Positions 56,801-64,000 of a stretch of 64,000 bases of DNA are shown here, one piece after another. This DNA comes from Eledone cirrhosa (Eukaryota). A program made the position numbers and the translations under genes. The stretch covers positions 19,964,001 through 20,028,000 of the forward strand of contig OZ024761.1 of the NCBI GenBank assembly GCA_964016885.1, in the 5' to 3' direction. Under the pieces are notes generated by a model. That model was not told the origin of the DNA. It made no database searches and worked only from the letters and a program-made list of their open reading frames with translations. Every line of letters begins with the position of its first letter. Positions within the stretch are counted from its first letter, which is position 1.

Positions 56801-59525
56801 TATTAGCTAAAAGATTTGATATAATCAGAAATCTGCCAGCTTTCAGTGGTGTTGCTGGATTTTGAGCCTCCAGTAAGTGTTTTTGAATTCCAAGCACTAT
56901 ATCATTTGCATTTTTATTACTGTTACTGTTAGTATTATTATTTATATTTTCATATTCCTTGTCTCTTAAACCCATGTTGGGGCAATATATCTCGAGTTCT
57001 TTATTCAAACTATCAGAGAAGTTCTTTTTCTTAATCCCGTCAGAATTTGTGTTATTTAAAGAGCATTCCCGTGTTTCTTTACGCTTGTTATTTTTGTCTA
57101 TTTTAAATTCACCATTTATTAGTTGACCAACACTTCTGTTATTATCAGAAATTTTCTCTGCTTCATCCAAAGACGGACCATCACGTAGTCTTGCACGTTT
57201 CTTTGGATACATCGAACCGTTTTCATAATCTTCAGATACATCACAGCGTTTTCTAACAAACATACCTGCTTCTGTATTGTTATTCCAGTCGTTTGTTGTA
57301 ACATTTGCTGTTTGTTCTTGTTCAGATTCTAATTCTGGTGGTGTTATTAACGTTTCTCTCGTATTGTTGTTAACTCTGACTTCTGCTGACGTTGACAATG
57401 GTACCGCACACTCAAACGATTGTTTTATTGTGCTGCACACCAGCTGATTGCTGACAATAATCTGTCGCGGTTTCCCTGGATGCGATAACATGATATGCTG
57501 CATGATACGTTGACGGAGTGTGTCTCTTGCTGGGCAGTAGGAACATTTGACAGATTTCAGGAGATTACGATGGTAGTGTTTGGAGAGCTGACTAATGTCC
57601 TCAAACTCGGCAGAGCAGTGCTTACAGAAAACCGTTGTACAGTCGACGTGGCTTGAAATGAAATGTTCGGGCAATAGGTTCAGGAGTCGTGTGTAGTAAC
57701 TGCAACCCCTGGAGCCACAGGGAAAGAGACATTCTGTCGGGTGAGTATGAGTTTTCAGATGTTTTACCAACTGATTACAAGTCTTCACCATTAAATTACA
57801 ATGACAACAACAATAGGAGTCCATGCGTTCATGCAGATATAAATGTTTCAAGTATCTGTCAGGAAATAACGTAGAGTAGCCACACCCTTCTATCGTACAT
57901 TTATAAAATCCCCACATATCACTTGTTGAATTATTTAATTTGTCTGATGATGGCCGAGCCTCTAAACTATTTTCACCATTACTTGCTGTCATTACACCCC
58001 TCCTTTCATCTTGTTCTGTGGTGTTGTCTGAAGGTAAATTTCTGTCAGTTTTATTAGATACAGAAGCTTCAGAGTCATTTGAACACTCGTTTGTTAAAAT
58101 ATCTGAAGCAGGCTGAACAGAGTCAGTTTTATCATTGCAAGATAAGTTGGGTGTGACAACTCTGCCATCAGAGTTATCCTTTACAAGTGGAGTAGTAGTA
58201 GTAGTAGTAGTGGTGGTGGTGGTGGTGTTGTTGTTGTTGTTGTCTTCTAAAACATGTGTGGTAGTGGTAGGGCGCACTAAAACAGATGTGGTGGAGGAGG
58301 TGGTGGTGGTGTCATCCCTCTGTGGCGGGCTTGATATATCTTCAACCAGACAAATAAAATTTTCAACAGGTTTTGGCCCCGATTCAACACCACCGCCACT
58401 GCCACTACCACCATCAACAACAACAACAGCAGGTTTCAACAATTTCACATTGAAAGTTATTTTCCCTGCATTATTCTTTCCCCGTGTAACCTGTATAGGT
58501 TTACCTTCCTTAGACACTAAATAATTTATAATTTGGACGACTAGTGGACAGACTGTAAGACCAGAACTGGAACTTGTGTAGTGCAGCTTAGAGCAGAGAT
58601 CCACTCCTTTGTGGAAATGTCCCATAACGTGAGCCCTAAATGTGACTTCAGTGTAATCTTTTGAACAACTCAGACACTTGTATTGTCCATTTACAAGTAA
58701 GAATTCGCTCGTATCTATTACTGGCTTTACATAACCATTCTCACCATCAGTATCACCACCAGTGGATACAGGGCTATCTCCATGTGTTGGTCTTTTATCC
58801 AGGGCAGAAGATACAAGATCCTTGCTGCAGAGATTTTCTTGGACGGTGTATTCTTGACAACCTGTTGAGGTTTTATGTTTGTCAATATTGACAGTATCAG
58901 AAGATACTGGAGAAATATAATTATCCAAATGGTAATTGTTACTTGATATTTCCACCGTTGTCTCTTCTGTAGTCTGTGTGTCTTCTGCAACTTCCATTCT
59001 CCTGGTATCACCATTCTTTACAATGGTAGAACTTACAGAGTCACAGTTAGTTTTTGAAGATGGCCGTGAGTTTCTCAATTTTGAAAACAAGAAATTTGCC
59101 ATTATTTTTTTGATTAACTTAAATGATGGACAATTAGCTATATCTGTGTTAGATTTACAGAAACCACACAGATTATTGCCAGGGATGTCACGATGAAGAT
59201 GCCACAACATGTGGCTTTTTAACAGCGATAAATGCATGAATTTCTTATAACACACAAGACAGATAACACTGTTCTGCAGAATTACAAATAGGGCCTCGTT
59301 ACTGCTGTTTATTCTCATTCGGAATTTATCTTTAGACTTCGGTACTGGTACTGGTGGTTCTGAGTCTTCGGAATCAGATATTTCAATAACTGAAGTATTT
59401 GATGAATTATTATCTTTGTCTATATCATGTACTGCTTTCCTGGTATTTATAACAGATAAGAGAGACTTTGAAAAGGAAATTTCTATATCTTCCACAATAT
59501 TTGTTGTTCTCTTCATGTTTTCCAT
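53889..59525 (-). CDS. Large C2H2 zinc-finger protein (1878 aa in one exon; acceptor AG just upstream, exon start 59539; upstream exons not identified)
   Basis: CxxC..HxxxH fingers near the N-terminus, a central cluster (CTIEGC..HLYLH, CCHC..HLKTH, CKHC, CSYC..HIMLSH) and three C-terminal fingers. 11-aa repeat tracts lie between them. Confidence 0.9.
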   Translation of the reverse strand: MENMKRTTNIVEDIEISFSKSLLSVINTRKAVHDIDKDNNSSNTSVIEISDSEDSEPPVPVPKSKDKFRMRINSSNEALFVILQNSVICLVCYKKFMHLSLLKSHMLWHLHRDIPGNNLCGFCKSNTDIANCPSFKLIKKIMANFLFSKLRNSRPSSKTNCDSVSSTIVKNGDTRRMEVAEDTQTTEETTVEISSNNYHLDNYISPVSSDTVNIDKHKTSTGCQEYTVQENLCSKDLVSSALDKRPTHGDSPVSTGGDTDGENGYVKPVIDTSEFLLVNGQYKCLSCSKDYTEVTFRAHVMGHFHKGVDLCSKLHYTSSSSGLTVCPLVVQIINYLVSKEGKPIQVTRGKNNAGKITFNVKLLKPAVVVVDGGSGSGGGVESGPKPVENFICLVEDISSPPQRDDTTTTSSTTSVLVRPTTTTHVLEDNNNNNTTTTTTTTTTTTPLVKDNSDGRVVTPNLSCNDKTDSVQPASDILTNECSNDSEASVSNKTDRNLPSDNTTEQDERRGVMTASNGENSLEARPSSDKLNNSTSDMWGFYKCTIEGCGYSTLFPDRYLKHLYLHERMDSYCCCHCNLMVKTCNQLVKHLKTHTHPTECLFPCGSRGCSYYTRLLNLLPEHFISSHVDCTTVFCKHCSAEFEDISQLSKHYHRNLLKSVKCSYCPARDTLRQRIMQHIMLSHPGKPRQIIVSNQLVCSTIKQSFECAVPLSTSAEVRVNNNTRETLITPPELESEQEQTANVTTNDWNNNTEAGMFVRKRCDVSEDYENGSMYPKKRARLRDGPSLDEAEKISDNNRSVGQLINGEFKIDKNNKRKETRECSLNNTNSDGIKKKNFSDSLNKELEIYCPNMGLRDKEYENINNNTNSNSNKNANDIVLGIQKHLLEAQNPATPLKAGRFLIISNLLANNKYSNCNPISLTDKTNISFANGCKMKSNKVKISSDVETDLDMQISKVMTDLTTKISNVKTDSNVDINKMKTGSTLYRNMVKIGSDIDISRVKTRSAVGIKKMKTGSTLYRNMGKNGSNVDSNKMKTRSAHGIYKMKNCSTLYRNMRTRSAHGINKMENGSTLYRTGSDVDISRVKTRSTVNINKAKIGSDVELNKMKTGSTANRNAAMVDSDVEINQVKTDLDIQINNVMNDLVVETKKVKTGSAVESRKKTSSNIYISKVTTGPKIKITMLKTHSTANNNNVKAGSDVETSEVKDDLDVEISEVKAGSDVEISETKAGSDVEISETKAGSDVEISETKAGSDVEIGEVKAGSDVEISETKAGSDVEISEVKADSDCEIIQLETRSAVESTKEKTSSNSYISQVTTGPNIKITMMKTHSTANGNNVKTGSDVETSEVKDGSDVEISEVKNGSIVIDNTVNKEADVDINAMKASSTAGISQEKTSSDAEIRKVKIGSDVEIRKEKIDSNVKINKIKTGSAVHSNKEKASSTGDVNKGKNRSDSEISKTGSSVGSDRSRHITITEILCDHKRQSHAKNTNKRRVSFEVPSNNKNTQLRNRTKSLDEKKYSHDNHSRRKNKHAPHFEIPNKKVSPTTSISMRKDSLRNCHHSSKSYDTKNEVLSNANDCITLLNTATPNTVLSGPGTTSKDTNSNASDIKTLSSADTSSKKTLSRADTSTKKSLQNADSSIKKMSHNADSSTKKMSQNADSSTKKMSQNADSSSKKTSCVTISTEKNLSNGDSTCNNTKSKTLSNLTLSSAGISSKKSLPNSDTPIKKVLLNIDFSSEKGACSTATTVLTNTGVVHRGVTTSIEGLVTVRKPSDVANSKKCKLCEYTYVKTFHLIRHMTMKHAKKYKQFITEREIKLIKDAIVKNTRNEYVCPFCRHCCSIRSDCKLHIYQNHLHLKTMKCHICMFLTKLPFLFKRHLASHSK
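55290..56720 (-). repeat. Coding 33-bp (11-aa) tandem repeat, KAGSDVEISE(V/T)
   Basis: Near-perfect core ~55670-55950 with diverged flanks. A second 11-aa repeat (QNADSSTKKMS) lies at ~54500-54720. Confidence 0.9.
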
Positions 59526-60823
59526 TGTAAAGATGTCAGCTGCAAATATTCAGAAAAAGGAAATCTATATTAACCCTTCAGCATTTAAACTGGCCATAAC
59601 TGACCACTCATACTTATGTTAAGGTATTGTTCTCTAAATAAATGATATCAAAATCTCATAGATTCAATATTATGTGAGATAATTATGTGAAATAAAGTGT
59701 TTACTGTGAAAATACAATAGTATATATATATAGAGTAATGTAAATGCTAATGTTATGTGAGATATTATGTGAGGTAAAGCCTTTACCATGAAAATACAAT
59801 AGTAAATATAGAGTAATGTAAATGTTAACTGGTAAAAATAATGAAGCAGATGAGGTGGAGAAAAAAGTTCAAACATCTCCGGGCTGTTTTCACAAGTTAT
59901 GGAAGGCAGGAGAAGGAAAGCTCTGATATAACACCTGCAACCCTGATGGTATCCAATGATGTTGACTTGTTCTTCTTTTTGGTAAATATCATCTTGGTTA
60001 AGAGAGTGGGACTGGCTTTGTGCAGTGCCTTTGCTCACTATAAAAGCTTCACGGCACAGGCATTGCTTTATATCTGGAGATCTCTCTGCACTTGTCATCA
60101 CATGGTACCATGGGCCCAGCACTATGTGTCAATAATTGTCACAGGTGTAGTGTTTGTACCAGAGTTTTCAAGTCGCTGGCTGGACTAAAAAGTCACACTC
60201 GTTCAGCACATCGGTAGGGGTTCTCCTACATGGATATAAAGTAGTGGCCATACTCGAAAACGAGTTGGCAGCCACCATATATATATATATGTGTGTGTGT
60301 GTATATATATATATATATAAGTTTGTGTGTGTGTATATATATATATGTCATACTGTTATCTGTAGTTATAATCTTTTTTTTTTTTGTGAAATATTTGGAT
60401 TCAGGAGTTTTTTATGCAGATATCTTAGGGGAAATGTAATTCGTTTCACTCTAATAAATTTCTGTCATCCCAAAACATTGACCTGTGTGTGTAATGGTAA
60501 AGTGAACATAAAAACGTCTGAAACGTTAAGTCACTTTTCCTACTATATCAAGTGTAAAACTAATATATTTCTTTACTGTACTGTGTCGTTTGCTTTGTTA
60601 TTTCTGTTTACGTTTTGAAAATACACACACCCACCCACAAGGTGTCTCCCGAAATATATACACACTTCTAATAAATATTGCCTGTACAGGTAATCAAAGT
60701 GTGTATACATTTTTGGGACACCCTGTATGTATGCGTGTGTGTGTGTGTATGTATGTATGTATGTATATATATATATATATATAATACAGAGCTATTTATT
60801 TCTGTGTTTATTATATAAATAAA

Positions 60824-60854
<31 letters not shown>

Positions 60855-60857
<3 letters not shown>

Positions 60858-61165
60858 TTGGCTTGGCAATCGAAAGGTTGTGAGTTCAATTCTCAGACCG
60901 GGTGATGTGTTGTTTCCTTGAGCAAGACACTTTATTTCACATTGCTCCAGTTTACTCAGCTGTAGAAATAAGATGATAGGGACTGGGGTCCATATCATTC
61001 CACTGCAAAGTGGTCATGGAGGTGCCACGGTAATAAAGCACCCAGCACTCACTGTAAATGAGGTTGGTGTTAAGAAGGGCATCCAGCTGTAGAAATCAAG
61101 CCAGAATCAGTTCCCGTCCCACCCTTGCAAGCAGCGAAAAAGCGGACTTAAAACGAAATGATGAT
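60855..61165 (+). mobile_element. tRNA-derived SINE (family of 28177), 5'-clipped
   Basis: Sequence match to 28199-28515. Confidence 0.85.
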
Positions 61166-61173
61166 ATATATTA

Positions 61174-61649
61174 TCTATATATATATAAAACTGAGGATGT
61201 CTGTGTGAGTTTGAATCCCTAAAACTCGAGAAGTACCCAACCGATTTTTTTTAAACTTTACATAAGTATTACTTATGTTTCAGGGAGTGTTATGCACATA
61301 AATTCAACTTTTTGATCCCCTAGGGCCCGCATTAGGTGAAAAACTTCATTTTTTCAGCTTTTTAGGGCTTTTTGGAGGTGTTACGTCTAGCCGATTTTCC
61401 CGAAATTTTAAGGCATATTATGCACATAAAAAAAATTTCATTTTCTTGATCCCCTAGGGCCCGGATTAGGTGAAAACCTGCATTTTTCCTGCTTCATCGA
61501 GGAAAATCTTAAAGATTATCCAGCTATCAGAGTATTCGGTTTATTTTCTTTACATATTGTCCAGGCATGCAGTTTTTCCACGATTAGGTCTGTTGGCGGC
61601 CCGCGTTCCAAAATACCTTATCCCGTGCAACGCCGGGTACCACTGCTAG
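61174..61649 (+). mobile_element. Non-autonomous Helitron
   Basis: 5' TC(TATATATATATAAAA); 3' hairpin CCCGTGCAACGCCGGG then CTAG; inserted between A and T; internal duplicated block. Confidence 0.8.
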
Positions 61650-61697
61650 TTTATTATATAATAAACAACACAATATAATTATTCCAATACCCAGGGG

Positions 61698-61729
<32 letters not shown>

Positions 61730-62483
61730 TGGAAATCCCCAATTATGAATCTGGAAATCACCTTATTGGAGAGGTAAAATACTTTCAGTTTCATAAATAA
61801 AGAAAACGCCCTAACATATATAATGACTTCTACTATAGGTACAAGGCCAGCAATTTGGGGGGAGGGAAAGTCGATTAAATCGACTCCAGTGCATTACTGA
61901 ATTCAGAGGTCAACTCGCTTTTCATCCATTCAAGGTCGATAAACCAAGTTCCAGTCAAGTACTGGCGTCGATTCTTCCCTCTATATCTCTTTCTCACTTC
62001 ACTCTCTCACTCTTACTATCCTTCCCAGGAAGAAATCTGTTATATTCAGCTCTAGAGAGAGGAGATGGGCTCCGCCAGGTTTTAAAAATGCCCTTGAAAC
62101 ACTGTATGTCAATATGGGGACCCTACGAACCCTCGGGAGTTACGGGGCAATGTATGTATGTATAAAATAAAGATGGTCGTGGCTTAGGGACCGAAAGACT
62201 GGCACTGAAGACCTTACACACACACATAATATACATACATATATATATATATACATATTCTATGCACACACATACATAATACACACAATATATATATATA
62301 TATATATACACCTATATTGCTGCTGTTTTTAACGACTTTTATTTAAATTATTCAAAATTTACGTCTTAACGTTTTCTTTTCTCTCCTCATTTACAAACCT
62401 TTGGCATCAAATAAATATTTCCAATGTTTTCTTTTCTTCCAATAATGAAATAAACTAACGTAAAACAATGCTTTAAATATACA

Positions 62484-62515
<32 letters not shown>

Positions 62516-63587
62516 TTATTTAAATGAAAATATACAAATTAATTTATAAATTAATTTTTCAGTTTTAAAATAGTAATAAATAATATATAGAAAGAGAGAA
62601 AGAATCCCACCCCACAAACAAATCTTCGTTATTATTCATATTATTATAATTATTTGTAAAAAAGACCGAGATTTCCCACTCGTCAGCTGTCTAACTGCGT
62701 CTTTGTAGTTTCGGATACTACACTTTAAAAATATGATACTACTTTTCCCAGGGCATCAATAGCCTCAAAGGAAAGAGAGCAACAACGGTAAAAGATAAGA
62801 GTCTTTTCGACCCATTGAATAGGGGACACAAGAGGAAAAAAACATCAACATACCGATACGAGACATGAAGAAAGACTCCTATAATAAAACGCAGAGAAAA
62901 CGCAACACAAAAATGTAGGACGGTAACCATAGAAATAGAACTGTTCCAAATAATGGAATCTAAGGATAATTTACCAAACAAAAAACAGGAACTAATAATT
63001 TCATGCAATCCTGAAATCCTGAAAACATTTAGATGTTCTAAACCCACTTAATACTTGAAATCACTATGGTCATAACTAGTTTCTTCAACCAAGTGAGACA
63101 TAACTGGAAATAATACATTCTTACCCAAATAAACTATTTATAAAATAAATTAATGTTGGTAATTAATTAAACTATCATTAATCTGATCCTTCAAAAGCGG
63201 CTATAATGCTTCCCCATATCAATAATACTATGACTTGTAGACTAAATGAAGTAACTTACCAAACACTTCTACCCAAACTTTATTACATATTCAACAACAA
63301 TATTATTTGAAATACAACTTAATTACCAACATTACATCTTATTAAATATACTAATTATAACCTATCTTGCTCTTCTAAATATCTTAATCTTACTCCCAGC
63401 CTAAAAGTCAAAATACCAAAATCAAATAGGGCCTATTTACCACACATTTACTCTAAAACTTGTCGACTTCTTTATTCCTCAGTAGATTTATTACCCCCAC
63501 TAGTTTGCACACACAATTTTATTATCTTCTCATCATTCTTTCATCTTCCCGTCATCTTATTCCTTTAATGATAGTGGGAGCAAGATT

Positions 63588-63975
63588 CTAGAACACTCCT
63601 TCCACTATCTTTATCACAGGAGGCAATGTGGATGTATATATATATATCATGATTTCCTTCGAATGAAACAGTTCTAGTCCTGTAGAAGCCATTTCTCTAT
63701 TAAATATATATATATGTCTATTCTTATATCTAACCTTTATATAAACTATCAATAAAGATTCTAACTTCATTGTTTCCGAAGAAGATGGTATGATCGAACC
63801 TATATATTATGTCTGATAGTATAGTTCTGTAACTGCTATAAACTAGTCAATATATCGATATGATCAACCCTCCGAAACAATGAATGAGATATGTAAAATA
63901 ACTTGCCTTTGCCTTGGTTGCCCTTGAAATATAAATAATAAAATAAATATAGTTTCCATTTATTAATATATTGTG
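63588..63975. mobile_element. Degenerate Penelope-like remnant (GIY-YIG C-terminus on -, truncated pLTR end on +)
   Basis: KLESLLI...FNREMASTGLELF resembles PLE endonuclease ends. 63922-63968 (CCTTGAAATATAAATAATAAAATA..ATAGTTTCCATTT) matches the 28935-28996 module. Confidence 0.4.
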
Positions 63976-64000
63976 TATATATATATATATATATATAACA

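Noticed and set aside
59860-60280. Possible upstream exon of the zinc-finger gene
   Set aside because: No frame with clear splice sites or recognisable motifs; more likely a decayed repeat.
62655-62725. CTGACGA and GAAAC motifs on the minus strand
   Set aside because: Stems I and II cannot be closed convincingly in any hammerhead topology.
63450-63490. CTGAGGA downstream of the GIY-YIG-like remnant (minus strand)
   Set aside because: No GAAA box (GACA instead) and no stem II.

Overview
AT-rich eukaryotic (animal) genomic DNA. The abundant (TA)n microsatellites and the SINE/RTE repeat families suggest a cephalopod such as Octopus, but that is inference. Host genes: a 3-exon mitochondrial ribosomal protein L51 (+); three paralogous 3-exon MADF(Myb/SANT)-BESS transcription factor genes (two on -, one on +); an intronless cyclic-nucleotide-binding-domain (CNBD2-like) ORF (-); and a >5.6 kb single exon encoding a C2H2 zinc-finger protein with 11-aa repeats (-). 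About 25-47 kb is a nest of 5'-truncated retroelements separated by long (TA)n arrays: RTE LINEs with a PHD-like finger inside the ORF, a CR1/Jockey-group LINE, a Penelope-like GIY-YIG element and tRNA-derived SINEs. The most notable signal is at least seven complete type-I hammerhead-ribozyme folds in short, TA-flanked, probably Penelope-derived modules. Three long hairpins also keep only the 3' half of a hammerhead and fold back around its stem II. All coordinates, splice sites and folds were read by eye; no searches or folding programs were run.
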